IMG/VR virus record: IMGVR_UViG_3300000101_000005
Reading direction: 5' to 3' (one strand)
From: a virus
Taxonomy: Duplodnaviria > Caudoviricetes
DNA: 64,000 nucleotides
The notes beneath the pieces were generated by a model. The model was not told where the DNA came from and ran no database searches. It worked only from the letters and a program-made list of their open reading frames with translations. Positions 6,937-16,340 of this stretch are shown piece after piece (the first letter of the stretch is position 1; each line of letters starts with the position of its first letter). A program made the translations under genes and the position numbers.

Positions 6937-8403
6937 CTAGTATACACTCACTCCATACTTTAGAGCAAACTCTTTTGCGTCCACTTTGTCGTTTACCATA
7001 GGTTTTCCTTTAATATTTAAACTTGTGTTTAATAACATAGGGCATCCTGTGGCGCTATACCACCGTCTTAGAAGCTCATACAAGCCCGTGTGTAGCTTCT
7101 TATTAACTACTTGAACTCTTGATGTACCATCTATATGCGCTATTGCAGGATACTTATTTGTATCTCTACACTTGGCGGTATACTGCATATAAGGCCCCAT
7201 TGGTCCGTCAAACAATTCCTGTGCATGTTCTTCAAGGACAACTGGTGCAAATGGTCTAAACTTCTGTCTGTGTTTAATATCATTGACCCTATCTTTTGTA
7301 TGCTCTCCTCTTGGATCAGCAAACAGACTACGATTGCCAAGAGCCCTAGGACCGTATTCAGCACGACCGTTAGCAACTCCACAGATACCGGAGGATAACA
7401 ATGCGTTAAGTGTATTCTCAACTGGATACTTTCCTTTTATATCATAGCCTAAGTAAGGTGATTTAAACTCTATGTGTTCGTTATAGTTTGAAAGAACAGC
7501 ACCTATTGCACTACCTGCGTCACTAGGATTAGGCATAATCCAAACATTATCAAACAATTCTTTTGCTTGGCCGTTTGCACTACAGTTTAATGCACAGCCT
7601 CCCATTAGCACTAAGTTTTTACTTTTACATGTATATTTGCAATACAACAGCATTTCAAGTAATGCTTGTTCATATATTAATTGTGTAGCGGCAGCAATGT
7701 CATACATGTCTTGTTCAGTAGTAAGATCAGGTCTCCAACTCTTACAACCTCTATGTAAATTTTGTTTTAGTCTAACAGTTAAGTTTTTATTATTATAATT
7801 AACGTCAATGAACTGATCCAATATGTCGTGATACAATCTTCCTTTATCTCCGTATGCAGCCATTCCCATTAAGATGTATTCATCTTCGTTAGGCTTAAGG
7901 CCAATACGTTGAGTCATTGCACTATACCAAAGTCCGATACTGTGTGGAAACTTTTGACTCCACACTTGGTACATGTCGTTGCCTTCTGCTTCCCAAATAG
8001 TTAGCGTTTCAAATTCTCCAATTGCATCAATGCATAAAACAGTAGCATTATCGTACCCACTGGTATAATAGCCAGCAGCAGCGTGACTCCTGTGATGACT
8101 AGTGTAATTGATAGGACAATCCACTCCATACCTGTCAAGATATTTTCGTATATTATTGTCTGCGAAATTCCATCCTTGGCCTGCATAAAGTTGTCGTAAA
8201 GATTTTTTAATTGGGTTTTCATACCAATGTACCTCGTTGGGCTCACCGTAATGGAGAGCATAGTTTATTAAATTTTTATCAAGATGGGGGTCATTTTTAA
8301 CGCCACTGAAACGCTCACTGTGACTTGCGAACAAAAGTTCTTTGTTCTTAAATACAGCAAGTGCTGCATCGTGACTGTTAGCTGAAATCCCCCAACTGAT
8401 CAT
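6937..8403 (-). CDS. carbamoyltransferase (NodU/CmcH family)
   Basis: HDAA, ERFSGVK, HHRSHAAAGYY, DAIGE, GGCALNCSANG, GPRALGNRS, RPFAP, LLNTSLN. Confidence 0.93.
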   Translation of the reverse strand: MISWGISANSHDAALAVFKNKELLFASHSERFSGVKNDPHLDKNLINYALHYGEPNEVHWYENPIKKSLRQLYAGQGWNFADNNIRKYLDRYGVDCPINYTSHHRSHAAAGYYTSGYDNATVLCIDAIGEFETLTIWEAEGNDMYQVWSQKFPHSIGLWYSAMTQRIGLKPNEDEYILMGMAAYGDKGRLYHDILDQFIDVNYNNKNLTVRLKQNLHRGCKSWRPDLTTEQDMYDIAAATQLIYEQALLEMLLYCKYTCKSKNLVLMGGCALNCSANGQAKELFDNVWIMPNPSDAGSAIGAVLSNYNEHIEFKSPYLGYDIKGKYPVENTLNALLSSGICGVANGRAEYGPRALGNRSLFADPRGEHTKDRVNDIKHRQKFRPFAPVVLEEHAQELFDGPMGPYMQYTAKCRDTNKYPAIAHIDGTSRVQVVNKKLHTGLYELLRRWYSATGCPMLLNTSLNIKGKPMVNDKVDAKEFALKYGVSVY

Positions 8404-8657
8404 GTGTTATATTTTTTCCATAATGAATGTAGTGCGTAAAACCACACTCCGTTTATACTAGGTTCAACAAGTGCAACTGCACCAGCTTCCCAAAGACTTG
8501 CGCCAGTCATTAGACTAACAACAGTCATTGCAATACCAACGTGTCCTAGCGTGTAAATTACTGCTAGTACAACACTGTTACCTTTTAGTAGGCTTTTGAT
8601 TACCTCAAATATGCCTACTTGTACTTCGTTTTTCATTTCAAGAATCCTTTCTACCAT
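8400..8657 (-). CDS. small membrane protein (DUF2061-like)
   Basis: YTLGH...ALVEP..NGVWFYALH pattern. Confidence 0.55.
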   Translation of the reverse strand: MVERILEMKNEVQVGIFEVIKSLLKGNSVVLAVIYTLGHVGIAMTVVSLMTGASLWEAGAVALVEPSINGVWFYALHSLWKKYNT

Positions 8658-8667
8658 AGCTGATATC

Positions 8668-8784
8668 TTACTTGTAGATAAACGGGTCTTTGTTATTCTT
8701 ATTCATTCGCTTGAGTTTCCAGGCATAATACTTTTCAACAAGCCAGTCCCATTTATGTATGAACCAATCTTTGATCCGTTTCAT
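8668..8784 (-). CDS. 38-aa peptide ending KDPFIYK
   Basis: ATG overlaps primase TAA; MKRIKDWFIHKWDWLVEKYYAWKLKRMNKNNKDPFIYK. Confidence 0.5.
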   Translation of the reverse strand: MKRIKDWFIHKWDWLVEKYYAWKLKRMNKNNKDPFIYK

Positions 8785-9791
8785 TACGCAGTCTCCAATT
8801 TATGTTCAAAGTTATTTTTAGCAACGTTCAACTTAATAGAACCTTGCACCGCGGTCTTCATTGCATCAACTAGTACAAACAATTTACCATAGCGTTTGAC
8901 TGCATCAGCAACATCTTTTACATCACTATCCCAGTTAGGAAATGCAACATGCCAATTATGCTCATCAGCTTTGTTAATAAGCTCAACACCTGCACTATCC
9001 TGATCTGGAATAACGATTACTTCTTGACCTAAACTATTAATAATCCTTGCTTGTTGCTCGTGAATATTATTAGTAAGCAATGCAACACCACCAATAGATA
9101 GTGCATCAAACGGTCCTTCAGTTACAAATATATATTTCTGATCTTCCTTTTGTTCGTCAATGTTATAGACAAAGTGAGGGTGATGATCGGAAATATATTT
9201 AGGTCTGCCATCTTTAACTTTCCTAGCAGTTGATCCTACAATACTTCCTTTGTACCAAAATGGGATAATGACTCTATCTCTATATCCTTCAAGCGGTGTC
9301 CAATAAAAGTGTTTGCTAACAGGATCACAATCTCTTTCTAGTAGATACTTAACTACTTCTGCTAGACTGGCTTCCTCTTCCTCGTTGAGATCAGCTTCTA
9401 ACCAATCACGTATCGCTAAAGCACCCTCTGGTAATGTCTTAGGCGTAAACGTTACTGTGCTAGAAACTTCTCTCGGAGTATACTCTGGTGATTCAGCTTT
9501 AAGTGCTTCAAATATCATTTGATTGATATCGTCATCGTTAGCACCTAGCCATCTGCATAAATTTTTAAACTTGTTTGATAAAGGTCTGCCTGGTTCCCAA
9601 CTTGCACTGTACTTACAGTTGAAGCAATTGAATACCACACCTAAATCAAATTTCAAACCACCACGCTTACGTTTGTCCTGAGAGTGACCTCTATGGGAAC
9701 AACACGGAGCATTAAAACTTGTCCAACCTGAAGGACTAGTTTTGGCACGTGAAGGCAAGAGTGTTCGGAATTTATCTAATACCAGAGTCAT
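8784..9791 (-). CDS. gp61: DNA primase (gp61/DnaG-like)
   Basis: N-terminal Zn-binding CC..H..CFNC; TOPRIM TEGPFD and PDQD..G. Confidence 0.88.
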   Translation of the reverse strand: MTLVLDKFRTLLPSRAKTSPSGWTSFNAPCCSHRGHSQDKRKRGGLKFDLGVVFNCFNCKYSASWEPGRPLSNKFKNLCRWLGANDDDINQMIFEALKAESPEYTPREVSSTVTFTPKTLPEGALAIRDWLEADLNEEEEASLAEVVKYLLERDCDPVSKHFYWTPLEGYRDRVIIPFWYKGSIVGSTARKVKDGRPKYISDHHPHFVYNIDEQKEDQKYIFVTEGPFDALSIGGVALLTNNIHEQQARIINSLGQEVIVIPDQDSAGVELINKADEHNWHVAFPNWDSDVKDVADAVKRYGKLFVLVDAMKTAVQGSIKLNVAKNNFEHKLETA

Positions 9792-9797
9792 AGTATT

Positions 9798-9825
9798 AGT
9801 ATAGCATCTTTGCGGGTAATGTCAA
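9798..9825 (-). promoter_or_regulatory. sigma70-type promoter, 6 nt before the primase ATG
   Basis: TTGACA-16 bp-TATACT-AATACT-ATG; extended -10 TG. Confidence 0.7.
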
Positions 9826-9826
9826 C

Positions 9827-10732
9827 CTATCTTACTAGAATTTTATCCAAAGATCCTGTGTTTTCTCGAGTTGGACAGTGCTTTACTCTAAACCAATTAT
9901 ACTTACCGGTTTGGTTTTTGAATATATTACCATCTGTGCTTGTGATGTCAAACGTCTGTAAAACAAACCAACTATCTGCACTTGGAGTACCACCGTCTGC
10001 TAAACTGCCTTGTATTTCTACTTTCCCTGTATAGTTTTTGAAATAAAACTGTAAGGTGTGTAAACTGCTTGGAGTTTGCATATTGGGTTTAAGGTCAACT
10101 ATACTACTGTAATGTAATTCATCAAACACATTATTAGAAGTATTAGTTTGGTTATAATTTGGTCTTGGGTTTTGGAACTGTTCTGTATCGTCTGCCATAT
10201 ATGCAAGACTATCCCAGTCAATGTCCTTATTAAACTTATAAACTTCTATAGTATTGTAAGGAGTTCCTAGCACGTCACCCATAATCTCTAAGTTGCCCAT
10301 TGCACCGTAGTGTGGATCAAAGTATAGCGGAGATCTTGAAGTAACTTTATAGTCGGTGGAGTCAACTGTTTGTCTTACTTCTTTAGTAATGCTATAGCTA
10401 TAAAATCCTGGCTCTAGTTCTGTTAGTTCGTCCGCTGTTAGTATAACATACACTCTACCAGTTGTTAAGTCGTCTACTGAGCAGTCTTTACTAAGAACTA
10501 AATCACTATTTTCTTTGTTTATAATATTAAACACAACTGTAGAACCAGTTATGTTGTATTTCTTTTCATCGCTGTTTCTTACCTGTAAGTCGATTCTATT
10601 ATCGACACTACGATAAGCCATCAGCCCTCGATTGTATACCATACGTTTTCTCTCCACTTTCCAAGTACCGTTAACGCCATTATCATAGACGTTGAGTAAA
10701 TTTGGATATAAATATATTGAATGACTTTGCAT
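9827..10732 (-). CDS. hypothetical, probably virion structural protein
   Basis: Start ATG 10732 by TAAATA-TGTAT-ATG; beta-rich sequence. Confidence 0.6.
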   Translation of the reverse strand: MQSHSIYLYPNLLNVYDNGVNGTWKVERKRMVYNRGLMAYRSVDNRIDLQVRNSDEKKYNITGSTVVFNIINKENSDLVLSKDCSVDDLTTGRVYVILTADELTELEPGFYSYSITKEVRQTVDSTDYKVTSRSPLYFDPHYGAMGNLEIMGDVLGTPYNTIEVYKFNKDIDWDSLAYMADDTEQFQNPRPNYNQTNTSNNVFDELHYSSIVDLKPNMQTPSSLHTLQFYFKNYTGKVEIQGSLADGGTPSADSWFVLQTFDITSTDGNIFKNQTGKYNWFRVKHCPTRENTGSLDKILVR

Positions 10733-10737
10733 ATACA

Positions 10738-10743
10738 TATTTA
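10738..10743 (-). promoter_or_regulatory. late-type promoter TAAATA-N5-ATG
   Basis: TAAATA-TGTAT-ATG(10732). Confidence 0.65.
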
Positions 10744-10766
10744 TCGAAATGAGAACAAACTAAAAA

Positions 10767-11141
10767 ATGAGAATAACAGATAATTTACAAGAGAACTTTC
10801 CGTTCATAAGCGTTCTAAAACACGCCGAAAAAGAGTACGTTGGTATAATCATCAACCAAGACAATAATGTTACATCATTCTACGACTACGAGAAGTTAAA
10901 AACTCAGAAAGATCAAGAAAAATTTATTGAACTGGGCGAAGCATGGTGGTGGGAAAGCAACAGACAAATTCCTATTAATATATTTTTATCTAGGGAAATT
11001 TACCCTTTTAAGTACGCTATTAGAAACTTTACCAGCAAGGACGTCCAGGTCATATTAGGTCCTGTCACTAGTCTAAACGCTATTATTACAAAGAGGATTA
11101 AGCGTAAGTCAATTACGCTCGTTAGAAAACCTTCTAGTTAA
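10767..11141 (+). CDS. hypothetical phage protein
   Basis: Isolated plus-strand ORF with phage-like codon usage. Confidence 0.7.
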   Translation: MRITDNLQENFPFISVLKHAEKEYVGIIINQDNNVTSFYDYEKLKTQKDQEKFIELGEAWWWESNRQIPINIFLSREIYPFKYAIRNFTSKDVQVILGPVTSLNAIITKRIKRKSITLVRKPSS

Positions 11142-11275
11142 ATAATCGGAAGCATCGCCACGTACATCGTGATGAATGTTCCTACCATAAGTATTAATTC
11201 TGCGACTCTGTCGCACGTATCGCCAGTACAACGAGCTCTCAACTCATTGATAAATCTTACCACCTTATTCTCCAT
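11138..11275 (-). CDS. 45-aa peptide with CxGxxC and C-terminal transmembrane segment
   Basis: MENKVVRFINELRARCTGDTCDRVAELILMVGTFITMYVAMLPII; TAAATA at 11324-11329 upstream. Confidence 0.5.
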   Translation of the reverse strand: MENKVVRFINELRARCTGDTCDRVAELILMVGTFITMYVAMLPII

Positions 11276-11354
11276 TTTATGAAATTATTGTAGAGTAGAA
11301 GACATTTTCTACCCCATACGAGCTATTTATATAAAGATATAAAAAACACTTATT

Positions 11355-11891
11355 TTATGAATAATTGAACCAACCGGTTGCAATCCACTTCTCAGATGTC
11401 TGAGAAACTATGCCTTTGTGTGTATGAGTAAAGTCACTTGGCCATATAACTGACAAGCCTTTCTTTGCCTCAATCTCAAAGTCTTGATACTTCCATGCTG
11501 TACCTCCATCTGGTACATCATTAAGATATGTCATGTAAACTAACTGACGTGCTTCGTCACCTCTATCTCTTTCGAAGTGCCAAACTTTAAATCCGCCTCC
11601 TACTGGATAGTGCTGTAATAAATTATGATCCTCTGTCTTAAGATACAAATGTTGTAAATTATACTTTTCAATATATTGATCATAACCCATTTGCAATTGT
11701 TGAAAGTATCGTTGTATTCTTGGATCAGTACTGCTATTGTAAAAAATTACATCTGTAGATTCTTTAATATTATGATCTACAATACCTCCTGCAACTCCTG
11801 CAGATTTGTATTCATCTTTCTCGGCATGATATGCAACTAGGTCATCACATACTTGTTCGCCTACTTGAAATGTGTGAATAAAATTTTCCAT
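11355..11891 (-). CDS. 2OG-Fe(II) oxygenase
   Basis: WHFE, YMTYLNDVPDGG.T, WPSDFTHTHKG, KWIATGW. Confidence 0.85.
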   Translation of the reverse strand: MENFIHTFQVGEQVCDDLVAYHAEKDEYKSAGVAGGIVDHNIKESTDVIFYNSSTDPRIQRYFQQLQMGYDQYIEKYNLQHLYLKTEDHNLLQHYPVGGGFKVWHFERDRGDEARQLVYMTYLNDVPDGGTAWKYQDFEIEAKKGLSVIWPSDFTHTHKGIVSQTSEKWIATGWFNYS

Positions 11892-12232
11892 TAATGATTC
11901 CTTTTCCCATCAAACACACAAACAAAATATAAACCGTAATCGCCTGTGTTGTGTACTCTATGAAATACACCATCTTCAATTAGTATAACATCACCTTCTT
12001 GTACAGTAATAGTATCGTCATCTAATTGCATTTTACCTTTACCTTTAATAAAGAAGTAAACTTCTTCCTGTCCTTCGTGTTTATGTCCGCTTGTGCTTTT
12101 GTTTGCTTCTAGAAACGTACTACTTAAGATTAAGTTCTTTAGTGTCGTATTATCTTTTACAATATAACGATCGTCCTGTTTTGCAATTACACCACCGATA
12201 TCATCTATACTTACTCTCATTACCATCTCCAA
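11891..12232 (-). CDS. cupin domain protein
   Basis: GHKHEGQEEVY and GDVILIEDGVFHRVHN. Confidence 0.85.
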   Translation of the reverse strand: MEMVMRVSIDDIGGVIAKQDDRYIVKDNTTLKNLILSSTFLEANKSTSGHKHEGQEEVYFFIKGKGKMQLDDDTITVQEGDVILIEDGVFHRVHNTGDYGLYFVCVFDGKRNH

Positions 12233-12567
12233 GGTAGCATTGACAAGCCAATCATATTAAGTAAGAACTCACAAACTATAATTGTAATAGTTCCGCCAAC
12301 TATTTGCCATGTCCACCATTTCCAACCTTTTAGACCGTCTCCCCATTTTCTTATTTTACTGTTTCTTGCTTTGTCATAGGCTCCACTTTTTTCACCTAAT
12401 TTATTTGACCAATGATTTGGGTCTAGCCATTCTTTTAATTTAATCAAAGGCCAAAAGATTTTTTTCATTATACTCATTGCTTTAGTGTCTTGTAATACTA
12501 CGTTAAGATACAATGCACCTCCTAATACAATTATTGTTATTGCTATAATTATAAAATCTTCACTCAT
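12220..12567 (-). CDS. membrane protein
   Basis: N- and C-terminal hydrophobic helices. Confidence 0.65.
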   Translation of the reverse strand: MSEDFIIIAITIIVLGGALYLNVVLQDTKAMSIMKKIFWPLIKLKEWLDPNHWSNKLGEKSGAYDKARNSKIRKWGDGLKGWKWWTWQIVGGTITIIVCEFLLNMIGLSMLPWRW

Positions 12568-12679
12568 CTTTTTTTCCTTCTGCCTTTATTATTTGATTTA
12601 ATATTGTTGTCCACGGATTTAAATTTAAATCCTTTGCAGCACAACCTGATAACAGTATTAATATAATCAAATATCTCAT
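12560..12679 (-). CDS. 39-aa putative lipoprotein
   Basis: MRYLIILILLSG-C lipobox; coupled to both neighbours. Confidence 0.55.
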   Translation of the reverse strand: MRYLIILILLSGCAAKDLNLNPWTTILNQIIKAEGKKDE

Positions 12680-13242
12680 TCTTTTACTTCTGACAGCAAA
12701 TTCATCTGTACTCTAACTGCTAATGCATATGCAGTTGCATGTGACTTCTTAAAAAAGTATGCTCCGTCTGTTGGCTTTTCCCACACTTCTTGCATAATAG
12801 TATTCCAACTTTCATTTGCTAAATGGCGTTTAGCAGGTCTTATAATGGCAAGTACTGCTGCAAGTTGCTCTACACTATTAGGCTTTAACTTACGTAATAT
12901 ATCGCCATGTCCGTTAACATGAAACAATAAATCTGTAAAATCGTCATGCAATAATAGATCCCATACTGGTTCTTTATCTATTAATTTTTGCAAGTGTTCT
13001 TCGTTACGCACATCTTTGTATATACTTACATTGAGAAAGTCTAACTTAAAATAGCCTTGATCTTCTGCTTCTTTGTGCGGAACACTACATAAATTTAATT
13101 CAGCATTTACAGGAACCTCATGCATATATACACCAGTATTATGTTTTACTAGTTTACCATCGTCAACACGACTTGCTCTGATATGCTTAAAGTGCTTCAG
13201 TGCTTTTTCTCTGTCAACAAAATCTATATCAATATCTGGCAT
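12676..13242 (-). CDS. minimal DNA polymerase III alpha (DnaE)-like catalytic core
   Basis: PDIDID, HNTGVY, GYFKLDFL, FKKSHATAYA motifs in 188 aa. Confidence 0.8.
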   Translation of the reverse strand: MPDIDIDFVDREKALKHFKHIRASRVDDGKLVKHNTGVYMHEVPVNAELNLCSVPHKEAEDQGYFKLDFLNVSIYKDVRNEEHLQKLIDKEPVWDLLLHDDFTDLLFHVNGHGDILRKLKPNSVEQLAAVLAIIRPAKRHLANESWNTIMQEVWEKPTDGAYFFKKSHATAYALAVRVQMNLLSEVKE

Positions 13243-13324
13243 TATTTTGGTTCTTCTTTATCCATCTTCACTAACATATATATCGGTAATACATAGCATA
13301 GTAGTGTAAATGAGATTGCTAAAA

Positions 13325-13504
13325 TCATTTTATTCTTTTCCATTGCTTGTAAAGTTCAAGCGTTCCACTAGCAACATATTCTTCGCCTGTTTCCATATCA
13401 ACTATCTTCCACTTCTTAGGACACTTTGTTATTATACTAAGGTTAGCAACTCGTTCAAGTTGCGGTACTTCTTTACCACTTAATAGTTTTCTCTTTTTTG
13501 TCAC
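13325..13504 (-). CDS. hypothetical protein, 59 aa
   Basis: GTG start overlapping upstream TGA; MTKKRKLLSGKEVPQLERV... Confidence 0.5.
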   Translation of the reverse strand: MTKKRKLLSGKEVPQLERVANLSIITKCPKKWKIVDMETGEEYVASGTLELYKQWKRIK

Positions 13505-14184
13505 GAGATGTTACCTTCTTTAATTACTTCTTTTACTAGTTCTACATCTGCTGGAAGTTTCTTAAATCTAATCATCCAGTACTTAGGATCTAAAACAGGC
13601 CCAATAATAGTTAATTGTTCATCTGTCATATTTTGCATCATGTCTTTTGCTGCCTTTGAATTTAGTAATATCCAAGGACTAATCTTTCCGTCTTTAATAT
13701 CATGCGTTGCTCTATTTAAATTACAGTAACTAAAATAGTGATTCCATTCAGCTTCGTTGTTATCTGCCCAGTCCATCATTGTTTTAATACTACGTTGTAT
13801 AGCACCATCAGCTGGTTCTATTTTTAATAACTCTTTAATGTATGTGTCATACAATTCATCTCTACACCAATGATCTAATTTGATGCCGCTCTTAACTACA
13901 AACTCTAAAAATCTTTCTGGGTAGATAGGATTAGTATTAACCATAAAACTACCAAACTTAACAAATGCGTTGTAGTAAGGACTACTAACAAATGCATCAA
14001 AATCTTTAGGCTTTGCTGACGGCTGATTAAATTCATAAAACTTTCTAAATGTCAATAGTCCATACTGCACATGCTTTTCGTTCTTTGCCATGTGCCTTCT
14101 TTTAGGCTCGCATACATGCACAAACAAAGTTTTCTCCTTTGCAAATGCTTTTCCGCAGTAATCACATTTATAATTTAATTGCAT
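13501..14184 (-). CDS. hypothetical protein with N-terminal C2H2-like zinc finger
   Basis: YKCDYCGKAFAKEKTLFVHVC; start reassigned to MQLNY. Confidence 0.7.
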   Translation of the reverse strand: MQLNYKCDYCGKAFAKEKTLFVHVCEPKRRHMAKNEKHVQYGLLTFRKFYEFNQPSAKPKDFDAFVSSPYYNAFVKFGSFMVNTNPIYPERFLEFVVKSGIKLDHWCRDELYDTYIKELLKIEPADGAIQRSIKTMMDWADNNEAEWNHYFSYCNLNRATHDIKDGKISPWILLNSKAAKDMMQNMTDEQLTIIGPVLDPKYWMIRFKKLPADVELVKEVIKEGNIS

Positions 14185-14629
14185 CAATCTGTTTCTTATC
14201 CCAACCAAGACCTCTACAGTGATCTTTAATTTCTTTGTTATCTGACATTGCTGCCAATGCAGAGATATCTGCACTTTTCATGTCTGGAAATATCTTCTTT
14301 AAAAATTCTTCTTTTTTGTTCTTTTCTCTTTTGAGTCCTAGCCATTCATGTCTATGAATATTCTTTTCTTCGTGACCGCAACTACATGCAAGTTGCCATA
14401 GCAATTTATTATGCTTGTTTAACAGCAGGAAAAGGTTCTTATTAAAGCGTTCGTTGCCTAGTAGTACATAATGCTCCTTTAGCTCTCTAGACCCTTGTAC
14501 GTTGCTTATATAGCGGTTAAGCGTGAAGTATACAACACTCTTACGTTGCTCTTCTGTAAGCTCGTCCCATATGTGTTTTGCATTCATATCAACAGATGCA
14601 AGAATTTCATTTAGTTTTAATTTTGACAT
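14168..14629 (-). CDS. probable clamp-loader small subunit (gp62-like)
   Basis: FTLNRYIS...NERFNK...W pattern resembles T4 gp62; replication context. Confidence 0.45.
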   Translation of the reverse strand: MSKLKLNEILASVDMNAKHIWDELTEEQRKSVVYFTLNRYISNVQGSRELKEHYVLLGNERFNKNLFLLLNKHNKLLWQLACSCGHEEKNIHRHEWLGLKREKNKKEEFLKKIFPDMKSADISALAAMSDNKEIKDHCRGLGWDKKQIDAIKL

Positions 14630-14630
14630 T

Positions 14631-14789
14631 CTAGTCCTTGTTAACAATATCTGGTGTAATCATATCTATCGTATTTACTACTGTTTTACCTGCATATATG
14701 GCTGTACTAGCAGTAACGTCCAAAACGGCTACAGTTGTTCCACATGCAGGAAGTAATAGAATTATGGCTACAAATAAAAGTTTAATCAT
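14631..14789 (-). CDS. 52-aa putative lipoprotein
   Basis: MIKLLFVAIILLLPA-C lipobox; absent from ORF track. Confidence 0.6.
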   Translation of the reverse strand: MIKLLFVAIILLLPACGTTVAVLDVTASTAIYAGKTVVNTIDMITPDIVNKD

Positions 14790-14795
14790 ACTTAT

Positions 14796-14824
14796 ATTGT
14801 ACTATCTTATGCAAATAAATGCAA
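14796..14824 (-). promoter_or_regulatory. sigma70-type promoter, 6 nt before ATG
   Basis: TTGCAT-17 bp-TACAAT-ATAAGT-ATG(14789). Confidence 0.6.
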
Positions 14825-14831
14825 GAGTTTT

Positions 14832-15383
14832 TTATGATAACCTAGCCATTATGAAATAGTTTTTAACAGGTATATCTTTACCAAGTTGTTTTGAATATTT
14901 GTTAAATTCTCTATATTCTTCTTTGATTATAGTATAACCCAAAGCTAAATGTTTTTGTCTCCACCAATCTGGTGTTTGCTGTATTAGATGTGCATTTCTA
15001 CCATCTGGCAGTATAAGTTTGGCTGGCGCACAACTAATTAAATGGTAAATGTGTGTGCTGTGTTCTTTAATTTCTTCAAGTGTTTTATCAAGATGAGCAG
15101 GTTCAATGTGTTCTAGTACATCAGTTGAGAATATTAAATCAACATTTTGTAATGGTACATTAAACTGTGAATTGGCAGGATCATAACCCATAATATCAAT
15201 AGTGGGGTAGTTGTGTCTTAGAACATCAAGTAGTTGCCCTTTACCACAACCAAAATCAATCATAGACCTAATTGATTGTTTAGATATAAATCTTTTTAGA
15301 TGTTCTGGTATTTTGGAACGCTTTCCAAACTTTGTACCAGTATGGATAAGCGATAGCATCTCTTGATATTCTTTTGATATCAT
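14832..15383 (-). CDS. class I SAM-dependent methyltransferase
   Basis: IDFGCGKG, YDPA, STDVLEHI. Confidence 0.85.
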   Translation of the reverse strand: MISKEYQEMLSLIHTGTKFGKRSKIPEHLKRFISKQSIRSMIDFGCGKGQLLDVLRHNYPTIDIMGYDPANSQFNVPLQNVDLIFSTDVLEHIEPAHLDKTLEEIKEHSTHIYHLISCAPAKLILPDGRNAHLIQQTPDWWRQKHLALGYTIIKEEYREFNKYSKQLGKDIPVKNYFIMARLS

Positions 15384-15568
15384 TTTACATACTCACTGCG
15401 GTCATGACTAATCTCTCTGCACAGGGTTTGTATGTCCTGTATAAGAAATTCAATTTGCGTTTCGTCTCTTGCTGCTTTAGGGGTGTCATACTTTTGTTTT
15501 CTTAGCTCTTCAGACTTTCTATAGATGACTTCGACTTTATCGCACATATCACTGATTTTGTGTAACAT
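15380..15568 (-). CDS. hypothetical protein
   Basis: Coupled ORF. Confidence 0.6.
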   Translation of the reverse strand: MLHKISDMCDKVEVIYRKSEELRKQKYDTPKAARDETQIEFLIQDIQTLCREISHDRSEYVK

Positions 15569-15593
15569 AAAGTTTTCCTTTTCTGGTTGGTTA

Positions 15594-16340
15594 TCATAAT
15601 CCTATATCGCTAGTGTAAATTTGTTCCACTAACGGTTTCCAAGCAGCCGACTCATTGATGTTTTCAATTGCTTTGCTGTCATCGGAATATTGTAAATCTG
15701 TGTTTGCTAAGATAGGTAAATTTTCTAAATGAGCTGGAATAAGTTCTTGTGCATTGTAAAAGAAACAGTTAGTACTACTAGAGTCAAATCCAAAATATGA
15801 GTAATTAAAATGTTCAAAAAATAGTTTCCACTTTTGTAAACTACAGCCTGATGTAGTTAACTTTCCTTTTCTAATTGTTTTCCATTTCATACTTGGCACA
15901 TGTGGAAAACTTGCAACAGCGTTAGGTCCAAACTGATCTGCAAACTCTACACAAACTGTTTTGGGTCTAAAACCTCCGTTTAGAAATAACTCATGTGCAA
16001 CAGCATAGTCGAAACTATCAATGTCTAAACTAAAAAAGTCGCAATTGTAAGGTACTTCTTTCATAAACTCTTGTGCATTGTGTGGGTAAACTTTAGATGC
16101 TATATGCTTAAATTTATCTGTAAATCTTTCTCTGCCTTTAGGACTTTCTCTTGCATCAACACCAACACCGCCCCAGTCTTTATCATATTGTAAGTAATTG
16201 GTCATGTTAGTTCCGCCGTCGCCCCAACCAATCTCTAAAAATGTTTTGTCTGGATTTATAATAGAATTAGTCATCATCTCTATGATGCCATCTTCTCCAT
16301 GCTGTGAATAGACTTGTTTTTCGTAGTGTAACTTATACAT
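15594..16340 (-). CDS. FkbM-like methyltransferase
   Basis: YSQHGEDGII, FLEIGWGDG, SLDIDSFDY. Confidence 0.75.
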   Translation of the reverse strand: MYKLHYEKQVYSQHGEDGIIEMMTNSIINPDKTFLEIGWGDGGTNMTNYLQYDKDWGGVGVDARESPKGRERFTDKFKHIASKVYPHNAQEFMKEVPYNCDFFSLDIDSFDYAVAHELFLNGGFRPKTVCVEFADQFGPNAVASFPHVPSMKWKTIRKGKLTTSGCSLQKWKLFFEHFNYSYFGFDSSSTNCFFYNAQELIPAHLENLPILANTDLQYSDDSKAIENINESAAWKPLVEQIYTSDIGL

